The notes under the pieces: model-generated
The model's input: the letters and a program-made list of their open reading frames with translations, nothing else
Databases searched by the model: none
What the model was told of the DNA's origin: nothing
Source: Chara braunii
Lineage: Eukaryota; Plantae; Charophyceae
Assembly (NCBI GenBank): GCA_003427395.1
Contig: BFEA01000018.1
Span: forward strand, 5,506,808-5,570,807
Direction of reading: 5' to 3'
Length of the DNA stretch: 64,000 bases
Translations under genes and position numbers: made by a program
Part shown: positions 11,904 to 24,600 of the stretch, in pieces
Layout: the number at the start of each line of letters is the position of its first letter
How positions within the stretch are numbered: position 1 is the stretch's first letter

Positions 11904-14900
11904 AGGCGAAAAACAAAGGGGGGGGGAACGGGAAAAAAATGAAAAAAAAACAGAAAAACAGGAAAACAAAACAAAAACCGGCTCCTCCTGGCTATGGGAG
12001 AGGCGGGCACTGCTAACAGGCCACTGGCCACGCTGCCTGGACGGCGAACCTGTTCCACCTGAGCAGGCATTCCATCCTCTGGGTAATATGGTGGCAGAGG
12101 TGCATCCTGGAGATGGAGGGGGGAGAGGTAACAGACCAGGTAAGACAGCCCGTGCAGGCAGAGATCTCCAACGAATGGTAGGCAGCCAGACAAAAAATGG
12201 GTTTTGCCCACACCAGACACTACATCGACAAGATCAGAAGCAGCAAGAGAAAGGGAGAGCCGGCAAGCAACAGCGTCTGTAACAGCTGAAGCCCGTACCC
12301 GGCACTAGTAGCCAAGCATCCTCAAACTGGCCGAATGCAATTTGGCCATTTACTATGCAGGCACATGCCATCTGATTCAGTGGAAGTAGAGCAGGAATCC
12401 AGTACGGGGTAGGGTAGATGGGGGGTGGAGGGGGGGAAAGGGGGGGGGAACTAACTGGATTTGGCATAATCACACCAACGTATGGGATCACGAAACTGAC
12501 TACCATCGGCTGCAGAAATTGGCAGAAAAAGTCATAGCGTGGCTCTGCCCCAGAGATGACATGCGCTGCGGAGAGGGCTACGCTCCTCACTTCCACAACT
12601 GGACATATCAGATGGATTCAAATTCAAAATCATCTGTATTTTACTTTTTTTTTTCTTTTTCTTTATTATGAGAAACAACCCCAGCTAATGCTACGGTTGG
12701 TATGAGCAGGCACCGCGAGCACTCCCCAGGAGGCTCCATCTATTGGTGGGGAGAAACACCTGCTGGAAAGCGGGTCCAGTGTCCCTGAACATTACAGTAG
12801 CTTGTTTGAACAGTCGTGTGGCTGTATTGACAGCAAGCTGCAGGGCCCGCCTATAAAGAGAGAGAAATTTGACTGGTAGTGCTACCCTGCAGCCTAAGTT
12901 GATTGCCCACATGACAGCCTAATGTAAGTGGTAGTTTGCACGAATCCCATGGCTGCCATTAAGAGGACTGGCCTCAGACTCAGATGTGTTCTGCTTCTCC
13001 CCTTTCGCCCAGTCTGCAGCCCCTTGTCGTTAATATCACCTATGAGTGACCCCCAGTTCACGTTGGCAAGCACAACTCCCATTCCCCAGCCCCCACCCTT
13101 CAGAAATGGACCGAAAGGAAAAGCTACGTTGCACCTGTATTGCAAACTTTAGGCCAGGTCTCCTTTCAGGCCCACAAAGGCTCAACCTAAAATATTCAGG
13201 CCAGATGCTGGCTCATCATTTCCTTTAGTTGCCCATAGTTTCTCAGAACTGTGCCCACAGGAGCTGTCTGGGCAGTGTCTGCACCTTACTGTCCCTTTGG
13301 CCAGAGGTCACCATTTCTTCTGTCCGTGTCCCTGGGGTGTTGCACTGTGCTTCTGCTTGTGTCTGATGTGATCATGCAGGTCTGCCTGGCTGGGTCGGAG
13401 GGTGTGGGGGGGCGGGGGGGCGGGGGGGCCGGGGGGCGGGGAGGGGCCTGACGAAGGGGCGAGGGGGTGGTTGGGGGGTTTGTCGGGGGGTGTGGGATGA
13501 GGATGAAGTTAGGCTGGAGGTATGAGAAACCGGGGTCGCCGAGTGCCTTCCTCTGCCAGGTAGGCTCAGTCCTCCAAGGTTTCCGTTGATATCCAGGTCG
13601 TCAGTAAGGCCGCTGAATATCCTATGGGGATCTTGCCATATTTGTCTGTAGGAGTGGGGGATGTCTGATGTTGCCTGCTGTTCCTTTTCCTCTCGAAAGT
13701 CCTTTTTCATGACCTTCCATGCTTCTTAAGTGCAGGTCCTAATCACCTCCTCTATTGTTTGTTGGGCCTGTTGCAGCCCGAACTGGTGGTCTTTCCTTTC
13801 TTTTTTTTTTTCTTTTTTTTTCTTTTTTTTCTTTTTTAGGAGCACCTTGCACGCCAGACCAGCATTAGCATGTGTAGCCGAATGTAGGAGAAGAGGTTAA
13901 CGGGGACCACCGGGCCTGTAGGTGCTGGTTCTTTCCTAATAACAGGAGACCGAGGTCCCACGGGATATGGAATGATGTGAGGGAGTGCAAGGCGGGTTAC
14001 AGATTTGGGCCACCATTGGGCAGGCCAAGAGGCAGTGCTCCAGTGTTGCTCGGGCAGGTGGCAGCGCTCTCCCGAGAATAAGAACAGATGGGGAATAGAA
14101 GGCCTTTCTGTTCCAGGTTCGTTCTGGATACGTGCCAGTCCGGTGTGGGGAGGCATCTATGAAGGATCTGCCGTTGCAGTGATTTTTATTTTTTTATTTT
14201 TTATTACCTTTTTTTTCAATGGCAGTCATTTCGTTTGTCGTCGGGCCCGGCCTCCGAATTTTCAGGAGTAGCCAGTTTCCCTATTTTCCCATGCGGGAAA
14301 GGTACTAGTGGTTTAACACAAGCTCCAATCTATTCGTGGGGAGTAGCACGTGCTGACAACCGGACTCAGCGTCCCTTATGAAATAATTTGTTTTTTTTCT
14401 TTTTGGCCCGGCCGGGCAAGTGGACCCAGGCCACTCTGCTAGCCTAGGCGCAATGTAAATCTCGAAAAGATCTACAACATACTTTCTTTTTTTTTTAGAA
14501 TTTTTTGAACCCTAAATAATTCCTGAAAGTTGTGGCCGCAACCCAAACGCGGCCCACCCGCGGTCAGAGGGCGGCGGTCGAGATCCCGGCCCCACGCCGA
14601 GTTTGACTCCGCGGCCGCAGGTGATACATAAATGTCAGGGCTTGGCATTCGATCGAAGGATCCTGAATACCTAGCCCCCCTTCGATTTTTGACTCTGGGT
14701 AACACATTCTGTGACTCATGGTCCCCTCTGGACGCCAACAGTGCCCAACACAACATTATTGATTAGAAGTGTCCTGCCAAACAATGATGTATGTTGATTC
14801 TTCCATTGCTTCATTTTATCCAAAGTCAGAGTAGAACTTCATGCATCATTAGTACTTGATTTCCCTTGTGCTGTAAGAACAACCCCTGGTACTCTTATTG

Positions 14901-15654
14901 GAGCCTCAAGTGGTAGTCATTTCACTCTTGGCAATTCTGGAGATCTTTCCACATTGAGGTGAATCCACCAGCCCTGCGTTTTACTCCCTCAATGAACTAC
15001 TATATGATATTAGAGAAATTTATCCACAACTCCATGGGTGTTTTTATCTTGTCCATATTGTTGATGAGGCCTCCATCATAATGGCTAAGTCGTCAGCAAA
15101 CATAGAGTCTGACTCCCTCAATGAGCTACTACTATATGCTATTAGAGAAATTAATCCATGACTCCATGAGTGTTTTTATCTTGTCCATATTCGTTTATGA
15201 TGCCTCCATCATAATGGCTAAGTCGTCAGCAAACATAGAACAAATTAGAATAGCTACTTCTGGAATCCATGCAATTTGCAAACATCTAAGATTAGGATTA
15301 CTACGGAGGTTAGTTCCCAGAGTTTCCATAATGATCAGAAAAGAAAAGGAGCTAGTAAGTCTCCCTGTCTTACTGACCTTTGGAGATGAATCTTTGGAGA
15401 CAGCAAGTCATTTACTTGAACTCGAGTAGTAGTGTTTGAGTGAAGGATCTGAATCCATCTTCTTATGTTTCTGCCAACAAAAATGATCTACAAACATTGA
15501 GAAAGCGCAAACCTACATGATCATACGCTTTCTCAAAATCAATCAAAGTGAAAGCGTCGTTCTGCTGATTCTGTTTTCACAGGTTAATCATTTCATTAAC
15601 TAACAATATATTGTCTTGTATATTCCTCCCTTCAATAAACCCTGCTTAAGAATG

Positions 15655-16218
15655 GTGAGTAACTGGGTAGCACGGCGAACGTGTTCCAGTTCGCGCGATC
15701 CTACACGAACACGTTCTCCAGTTCGCGCGAACGGGTCAAGAACATGTTCTCGCGAACGTGTTTTTGAGGCCGGCGAACGGGGTTCGCCTGGGCCGGTACC
15801 GGTCGCCGACGGGGCTTTGGAGGGACCTGGGGGAGCGTCGGTGGTTGTGTTGGGGTGGGGGAGGGCGCAGGAATCCGGTCCACTTTGAGGGGAGGGCGGG
15901 GAAGGGTCAGTTCGGAATTTGAAGCTGTTCAGTCCTGCCCGCGCAGGCCCCGCGCTCCAGCTGCTGCCACGTTCAGCGCCCATAGGTGTCAGGTAAGACA
16001 CCTCCCCGTCCTCCTCATCCTCCTTCTCGTCCTCCTCCTCGTCCACCTCCTCACCCTCCTCCACATCCTCCATCTCCTCCTCCTTCTCAAGTCCGGTCCT
16101 CATCGCGTGGCTGCCACGGCAAGAGCGACCTTTTTTTTTCGGGTTTTTTTTATCTTCTTCTTCTTCTTCTTCTTTTTCTTCTTTTTCTTCTTCTTCGTCT
16201 CTGTCATCGTATTTTCTC

Positions 16219-16278
<60 letters not shown>

Positions 16279-16799
16279 CATCCTCCTCCCTCTCCTCCTC
16301 TGTCTCCTACTTCTCCCCGAGTTCTGTCATCGTCATGCGGCTGCCAGGTCAGCATGCGCGACGTTTTTTTTTCCGTTTTTTTCAATCTTCTTCTTCTTCT
16401 TCAAATCTTATTTTTTTCTTCTTCTTCTTATTCTTTTCTTCTTCTTCTCTTCTTCATCTCTTCTTCATCTCTTCTTCTTTTACTTCTTGTTCATCTCTCC
16501 TCATGTCCTCGTCCTCCTCCATCTCCTCCTCCTCCCCAAGTTTGGTCGTCTTCGTGCGGCTGCCACCTCAGCACGCACGACGGTAATTTTTTTATCTTCT
16601 TCTTCTTCTTTTTCAAATCGTCTTTTTCATCTTCTTTTTGTTCGTCTTCTTCTTCTTCCCTTCTTCTTCTTCTTCTTCCCTTCTTCTTCTTCTTTTTCTT
16701 CTTTTTCTTCTTCACTTCGTATCTTCTTCTCTTCTACTTCTCCTTTCGTCGTATTTTCTCCTCCTCCTCCTTTTGTCAACTTCGTCTCCTTCTCCTCCA

Positions 16800-16859
<60 letters not shown>

Positions 16860-17258
16860 NNNNNNNNNNNNNNNNNNNNNNNNNNNNNNNNNNNNNNNNN
16901 NNNNNNNNNNNNNNNNNNNNNNNNNNNNNNNNNNNNNNNNNNNNNNNNNNNNNNNNNNNNNNNNNNNNNNNNNNNNNNNNNNNNNNNNNNNNNNNNNNNN
17001 NNNNNNNNNNNNNNNNNNNNNNNNNNNNNNNNNNNNNNNNNNNNNNNNNNNNNNNNNNNNNNNNNNNNNNNNNNNNNNNNNNNNNNNNNNNNNNNNNNNN
17101 NNNNNNNNNNNNNNNNNNNNNNNNNNNNNNNNNNNNCCAAAAAAAAAAAAAAAAACACAAAACGGCCGCGTTTGTCGGATTTCCATGCCCGAACACGTTC
17201 GGGCGAATGTGTTCGCATTCGCCGACGGACGCGAACGCCGTGCAACGCAGTTATCACT
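15655..17258. mobile_element. Non-autonomous TIR DNA element with low-complexity interior, inserted in the LINE
   Basis: Imperfect TIRs GTGAGTAACTGGGTAGCACGGCG / CGCCGTGCAACGCAGTTATCAC, with GTTCGC-rich subtermini at both ends. No clean TSD seen. Confidence 0.5.
16150..16859. repeat. Microsatellite and low-complexity block: (TTC)n, (TTA)n, (CT)n
   Basis: Direct inspection; adjoins assembly gap 16860-17136. Confidence 0.95.
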
Positions 17259-18136
17259 CGTATGGAATGGTTTGCTACTGTTTTGGCTAACATTTTATAG
17301 ACAACCATCATAGTGTTATAGGTTTATAATTCTTAATATTTGTCTTATCACCTCTCTTGTACAAAAAAGGTAAGATTCCTTGACCAACTATTTCAGCCAT
17401 TCGCCCAGATTCTTAAACATATTCGTAGTATTTCATTGGATCATTAAAGAAGGTCATCTACCCCTAATGTTTTATCTTTTTCGAGTTGTATAAGGACTAT
17501 CAAAATTTCTTCTTTAGTGACTGACTCTTCCAACCATCTCGTTGATCTTGGTTTAGGGATTGTGTTAGTGGTTTCGGAAACCCGTATATGGCTTGATCGG
17601 CTTTCTCCACATCCACACTCGAAACAAAGGGGTTTTGAAATAATCACAAGCGACCTTCACACTATTGGCCAAGGAAAAAAAAACTCCTGTCGTGGCTTGG
17701 TAGGATCTATCGAGGCTTCAATTCTATATTTCTTGGCTCGTGATTTGGCAAGAGCAAAAAATGAAGTATCCATCTGACACTCGGTCGAATATTTGGTTAA
17801 TGTACCCCTGATTAAGTGACCTCGCCAAAGTTGTTGAGCAAAGGTGAGAAGTTAATTTGACAAGTCTCGCATGTTTGAGGGTTGGATGACTATGACAGAG
17901 TGAAAATTTTGTTCATAATTAAGAATTTATTCCTGAATTTCAATTTTCTACATGTATTTGGATTTGGCTATTAGTTTAAATTCTTTAGAATATTCGTTGC
18001 ATTTTTTAGCAATGAAAATTAACCCGTTGTTAAACCAGGATATCTATGAATCGTGTTTCTCCTTAGTAGTCTGTCAAAATTTCCAAAGTTCTTAAATATA
18101 AGTTCTAAATCCTATTTGGGTGAGAAGAGAAGTATT

Positions 18137-18168
<32 letters not shown>

Positions 18169-21100
18169 GGCAAAAATGGGCCCAGTGCCCAAGGCTGATA
18201 TTACCAATGAAAACTGCTTGAGGTCGGGGTCCTCACAGTCTACCCGGAGTGGACGAAACGAATTTGTTGAAAACCGGGTTCAGCGGCCCTCATATGTTTG
18301 ATGAAAATGATCATGATGGTAATGCTAATGATATTGATGCTAATGATGATACTGATTCATGCTCATATGCATTATAGTAGACTACTTATAAAATTATTCT
18401 GGCTTCCTTAACCTAAAGTAACTCTTGCCTTCCTTGTACCAGGACATACTTGCTCAGAGACAATACCAACCAAACCAAAATCACCCATAGCTGATCTCTT
18501 CTCACCACTAAGCAGCCCCCCCCGGTTCACCACTGGCGTACCTTCCTCCCTCAGCAAACCCCAGATCTCTCTACAAGACCTCATACTCCTGCGATTTGCA
18601 GGTTACAGGGCAACGCCCCAGCTCCGGCCAGCGTCATTCTGGCATCGGCAAGCCAGGGGCACAGAACAGAACAACTCTGCAGATATCAGTCCGGGTTCGA
18701 CCTTCTATGAACTCACATACCCCGGATATGAGCGAAGACTAAATGCTACCGAAGATCCAGAAAACCAGAAAACTTCATATGACGTAACTAAGGCATGTCC
18801 CCTTTTCAGAATACAAAGAAGAACCACCGGGGTCATTACCCGGTTTCTGCTAAGACTAATTGGAAAAAGGGAATAGGTGAAGCCCATTCAATCCACCTTC
18901 AACCACTTATAAAACCATCGTCCCTGATCTGGTTTCTTTCAAAAAGATAAGAGTACTACTCACATTTTATGATACGCCCCTGGCCAAGGACTCTGAGGCA
19001 AAATGTTGGCTCTCATTAACTCCCTATCTAAATCCTCTGACATGAGAATCAAGTCTATTTGGGGTCTAGACTGATGCAAGGTGCCGCAATTGTTAATGCA
19101 TGTATACAAACGTTTTTTGTGGAAAAATACATTTATACGTATCAAAAAGATTTTCTGAATCACATAAATGTTAAATTATTATTCCATCCTCTTCAATATA
19201 GCTTGGACAGGGTTGCAGTATCTTACGGTGATCCAACCATCTCTCTGGGCAGTGTTAAAGTCCCTTGCTATAACTATTGGGATGTCGTTTAGAATATGCT
19301 CATGAATATCTTGAAAGAACGGTTTTCTATCCCGCAATTCATTAGGGTCGTAAATGCTAAGAACACGTATTATTTCCAACTCAAACGCTACCAAAGCACA
19401 AACCCATCGCCCCTGTTCCTGATCAGCCGAGCAATAATACTATCACAGCTCGTGAGTCTGAGGGGACCCAAATAACCACTCCTGTTGATCCACTACGACG
19501 CATGAGCCAGATACTTTTGAAAATGTCAAGCTAGGTTATGGACCCTTTTATGAGTAGGAGAATTTGTAAGATGTGTCTCCTGAATACAAATTAAATTTGG
19601 GCACAAACGCCCCCTCACTCCCTTGAGATGCTCTAAAATAGCCCTTCTCTTCTTATCATCTGCAGCAATCAAGGTTGATGGGCATAATTTTGGCATAGGT
19701 GATCAAAGGCAGGTCCACCAGCAGGGTCATGTTTATGGGTGAATCCTGAGCCCATCTTTCACCTATGGTTTGATCGATGGGTACTTTTGGCCGTGAGTCT
19801 CTATATCCCCCTTTGACTATCTAGTCCCACACGTGCATAAGTTTCCCACTTTGCCATTCCCACTCCGAAATGTCAAAGATTCAACAGAAATAAGAAGAAA
19901 GGAAGAGCGTGAAGGCAGGGAGAAAAAAAACGCTACATCTTATCGATGATGGCACAAATAAAAAAAGTTGAAGAAGCGAGAAAAGATTGTATGCATGAAC
20001 ACGGTGCAGAAAATTGCCTGCATGCAAAACTAAAAGTCACCAAACAATTAGACAAAATGTCAGTGAAGATGCACCTAATTCCTAAAGCCGAATTCAAATT
20101 GGAAACTTCGAAAGAAAATTATGTGCGCAAATCTAAAACACATGAATTCCTGCGCCTATTCTTATTTTACCATCCATCAACAAAAATTTCACAGGGCTTG
20201 CAATGACATCTCCCAAAATCTACATGCATAAAGAAATGACTTACTGCCAAGTACCCCAACGGTGACCTGCAATTTTCAGACTTCGAGAAAACCTGGAGGG
20301 AAAATTTTTTTGATCGCGCTCGCTAAGTTGCGTATAAATCGGATGTAAAAGTACAAAAAAATACGAAGAAATTTTCAAAAATTGCAAAAATAAGAAGTCA
20401 AGATTGACCAACGTTCCCACTCCTATCCCAAGGGAGACAGGTGGGCACATGAGCCGAAGTGCCACGAGACTATCGCCTGTCTTTTAAGGACTATACAGAG
20501 GTGGACCCCAGCATTCCCCTGCGGCCCAGAGACGAATTTCCAAATCATTTTACACCACACCCGTTATCACAAGAAGAGAGGTTTCAGTGAGAGTGGTGCA
20601 CTCAGGGCCATGGTGACAGTTCTCAATATTTGTTCATATTTGTAACCTCAAGTTAATTTTTCACTCTTTAAATCCTCTACCTTGGTACTTCAGGAGGGAC
20701 GTTGAGCCCGGTTCAAAAAAAAAAAAAAAAAAACATAGGAAAGTTTTGGGGTCGGGTAAGTTGATGTTAGGAGGCCCCATTGGTGCCCCCCGTGGCTACT
20801 ATTGATATTCGGGTCAGACCGAGAGTGGAATGGGCTGCCTTTTGTTTTCTTTTTTTTTACGTTGGACCCAGTTTCCAAATCGGCGATTTTCATTTTTCTG
20901 CATCATTCCATACTCATGTTTTTTTACCTCAAATATATCTCATAACTTCATAAGGGATACCGGGCCCGGTTCTAAGCACTTGTTGCTCCCCACGAATAAA
21001 TCGGAGCTTGTGTAAAAAAGAAAAAGATTGGCCAACGTGTTCCATGCATCGGGGCTCATCAAGAACAAACCCTGCGAACAGCGAGAGGCCAAAACCACGA

Positions 21101-21614
21101 CCTCGACAACCTGAACCTGTCATCGTCATCCGAGGAACTGGAACTGGATAGATCAACCTTGGTTATCACAAAGGCACTAAAAAGAAAGGAGTGGGTTTAG
21201 AAGCTCGTTCATGCACATAAGTTGGTGTGTCACAGACGTTTGTTGGAACCCCCATCGTTGCAACATATCCCTACCAGGTACCATCCAACTTCGCACAATG
21301 CCTCGACACTTGCCAACGTTTCCAAGGCTCAATTGTAGAAGGCCAAGGCCTAAACGACCAGCTCTAGATTGCAAAGTTGACACTAGCTTGGCAGCGGCAT
21401 GACATAAAGATTTCACCCAAAAAGAGCATTCAACTCTACCTACATCTTTCAAGGGCATTTTGGCAAATATCTCAACTTATGGGGGTATTTTGCAAATTAT
21501 CCCAAAAAGATAAAGAAAAATAAACAAACACCGAAAAAAAAGGAAAAAAATGTAAGATCCTGTGGCTGGCAGAGATAATTATATAAGGGTCATATCACAA
21601 ATATGCACAACTAC

Positions 21615-21690
21615 CAACGAGCCTAGCTCAATTGGTAGACCCCTCAACTATTGAAACGCAGTTCAAATCCAAAGCGATCGGATGATTAGA
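21615..21690 (+). mobile_element. tRNA-derived SINE head or tRNA pseudogene fragment
   Basis: A box TAGCTCAATTGG and B box GTTCAAATCC; no proper cloverleaf. Confidence 0.45.
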
Positions 21691-21743
21691 ATAAAAGAAT
21701 TCTGAATTAACCAGTCGAATTTGGACAGGACAGTCTTTCATAC

Positions 21744-22110
21744 CTTTTTTTATTGTCATTATAGTAGCACGGGGTATCGGTCGTATCCGTGCTTAAGTGT
21801 CTAACGAAGGAACATACGGGAGTTGGACCCACCACAAGGGGTGATACCTTCTACAGCAGGTAGGTGATACTGGCAAGAGTTCGGTTGGTAGCATCAGGAT
21901 CAAGCTGCTTCGATGGGCCTGTCGTTGTGCCTCCCCTCTAGCCCCCTTCCCCTATAAACATGCTACTTGGGGGAACCAATGACCTATCTCTAGGTGGCGG
22001 GGCTCCAAGCTTGCCAGAAAAGGTACATGAAGCCAATGGAAATTGAATCCAAGAATTTTGAATTATATGCGGCCAGGAGGTACATGAAGCCCATGGAAAT
22101 TGAACCCAAA
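21744..22110 (-). mobile_element. 5'-truncated copy of the tRNA-derived SINE family seen at 59188
   Basis: Reverse complement matches the 59240-59690 body (CCCCGCCACCTAGAGATA, CTATAATGACAATAAAAAA tail). Contains a ~57-bp tandem duplication at 22021/22078. Confidence 0.75.
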
Positions 22111-22299
22111 AATTTTGAATTATATGCGGTCAAGTCCTACTAGCGGTGGTTTTGGTATGGTTTCGAGTCGTACGACAACCCAAATGTAAGACAAAAACGA
22201 GCCAGTTGTTTACCAGGGGTCATTAGATCATGGACTTCCTTAGTAGATCAGGTTTATCTATTACAAAAGGGCCAAAAAAAGGAAAAAAAAACTACGACG

Positions 22300-24600
22300 G
22301 AGTGGACATGTCGACTGATTAATCATCCACTGATGTTCGAAGGTCCTGATAACTCAAAATCTTTCGAAGATTGCGAGTCAAATAAGAGACAAGGCATAAA
22401 ATGTCAAATTTGATAAATGACTCAGAGGTTTTTATAGAACATATGTCATAGCCCCAAGGCCCAACACATCCTAACCAACCCAAAGTTCACCACCCTTCAT
22501 GCATAAGATGACTGAAATAAATTGAGAATGAAATTTGATAGTAATGAAGTCGCAACTAGTTGCAGCGACTCCTAGGATAAAGTACATAGAAGACTTATGA
22601 ATGTGGATCTATTCCAAGTTCCTATGAACAAGGATTGTTAAAGAGTGTGGAGTGGATAGCAGATCATGGAGTAGGAGGCAACACAGATCAATTTGTGGTT
22701 AATTCTAAAGGAAGTAGGGAAAATTTTGAGTAATTGTATTGACTTAGACATTCTTCCCTTTGTACAGGGATGCTTAATATCGAACTTACAAAGTCGATCT
22801 AGAACCAAGGATCGAAATGACCAAGGTTTTGCTATAATTAGCACCTTAAAAGGGAATTTAAGGACTCTTAAGTTCTTAACCAGTGCTTTGAACCCCTAGG
22901 TCGAGAAGGCAAGGAAACTCCTTATCAATCCATCAATATTCGAATGTATCGTCGAGCTTATCACAAGAAAGCAGTAAGTCTAGGAGTTCATGAGGAGCAA
23001 ACTTTACCCATGACACAAGAAATATTGTTTCCACTGGGAAATATATTCGGTTGTTCATGAAGACACAGAAAGGTTGGGAGTATGCCAAGTCACTTCGAGA
23101 TCTCTTCATCATGACTTATCTTTGGGATAGTTGGCAGCGGGGTGGAGAAAGTCTTCGATTAGAGAGTAACGAGATTGATGTAGACATCCGATTGGACAAC
23201 CTAGGTATACAAAAACTCAAAGGAGAGGGACCTTTGTAGTAATAAAGATGAAAAAATATGCAGTTTTTGGTGATACATTCCTTAAATTGTACGAAGTGAT
23301 GAGTAGGTGTTACCTTGAATTAGGTGAAGATCTTCGGACTTGATCCATCTTCCATGGTTGACGATTGTGAAATGCTTTGACCATGAATGCCTTTAACAAA
23401 CGGTCGAGAACCTAGTTTGAACGAGTCACGCTAGACGAGTGTTAAAGTAGCCATAGTTTTTGTGTTGGTGGCGTTTGTGAAGGAATCCGTTGTGGATGGA
23501 CCTTGGAGAACATGTTGACTCAAGGATCCTGGAAGAGTTTCTCCTCCTTCATTCGATATGGATATGATTGCCATACTCAAGTGGGAAAAGATTGTCCCAA
23601 GTACTAGGATTGATTACTTTGTGAAGGTGAAAGCAAAAGGTAACTACAGGTTGGAATGCATTGGTCAGAGTTGTCAGCTTGCCCGTGATAGAAGAGATTT
23701 ATCTGCTAGTAACAGCAGATTTTGAGAGCATTCATTTGATAAGGTTCCAAATTCTGTGAGCTTTCTCCTCATGGATTGCAGTTAATTTTATGTGGCAGTC
23801 CACATTAAAGCCGAGAAACGCCATGCATTGAGAGAAGGTGTTAACATTTATTCAAACTTAAAAAAAATATCAATTTGTGCAGTAAACGAGTATAGATAAG
23901 GGATGACCAGAGATTGCAAAGGTAGGTTTTTGGAACCATGAGCGGATCGTCAATGTAAAAGGAGATGAAAGTGGATCGGATTCGATGGACCACCATTACT
24001 TCTTGCATTACAGATGTGAAAATCCAGCAAATTTAAGATATTCTAAAACAAAAGGTTGTGATGTGAAAAAAAATATTCTTCCGTTCGAAAGCAAATTAAT
24101 CTCTAGATTCCTCGTTGACTTTGATGTGATAGTAATCATTCTTGTCATCATACGTTGCGAAACAACAAGATTGGTAGAGCAGACAGCCAAAACATCGGAA
24201 CGTAATTCATACTATTTCATAGTAAAATTCGAAAAAAAAATTAAGAGATTCACAAATTTTAAGCTCATAATAAAACGTTTCTTGAGGAAACTTTCGATAA
24301 CAAAGATTGGGTTGGTGACAATTGGTGACGAAGTCTCACATCTTACTTCTTGATTGAATAAACCCTTCAGAGTAGAAGCATTAATTTGTTTATTCTCGTC
24401 AGATAAATCATAGGTGAGAAAACAGATTTGAGGGGGTTGGAGGTTCTTCCTAAGGTCTCCTCAAATTATTGCGTTGTCATCAGTTTTCTAACCATCCTCC
24501 AAACTTCCTCAATTTTGGCAGGCTCATGTGGCTGGTACCCTCACATTTTAAGTCAACCCCTCTTCCAAACTAATTCAAGACATTTTTTAAACTCTTCCTG
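22300..24600 (-). mobile_element. Highly decayed LINE reverse transcriptase relic
   Basis: Minus-strand GHPLSILVY (GCPLSPLLF-like, ~23900), LLLAD (FADD-like, ~23710) and VLGTIF (KYLG-like, ~23600) occur in the expected order. Boundaries approximate. Confidence 0.45.

Larger units (their letters stand above)
14760..19700 (-). mobile_element. Decayed L1/Tx1-like LINE ORF2 (AP endonuclease + RT), interrupted by later insertions
   Basis: Minus-strand motifs in the correct order: ICIQET (~19590), SIYDPN..IARDFN (19179-19394), QIDLILMS, KTLGVDD (KSPGPDG-like, ~17460), RSVRQG (~15370), SMFADDLA (~15230, with a tandem-duplicated copy at ~15095). Boundaries approximate. Confidence 0.8.

Noticed and set aside
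15600-17313. Long ORFs (up to 434 aa)
   Set aside because: Products of microsatellites and an N gap; homopolymeric translations.
21440-21503. Mutator-like TIR end (GGGGTATTTTGCAAATTATCCC)
   Set aside because: No partner TIR or 9-bp TSD found in the window.
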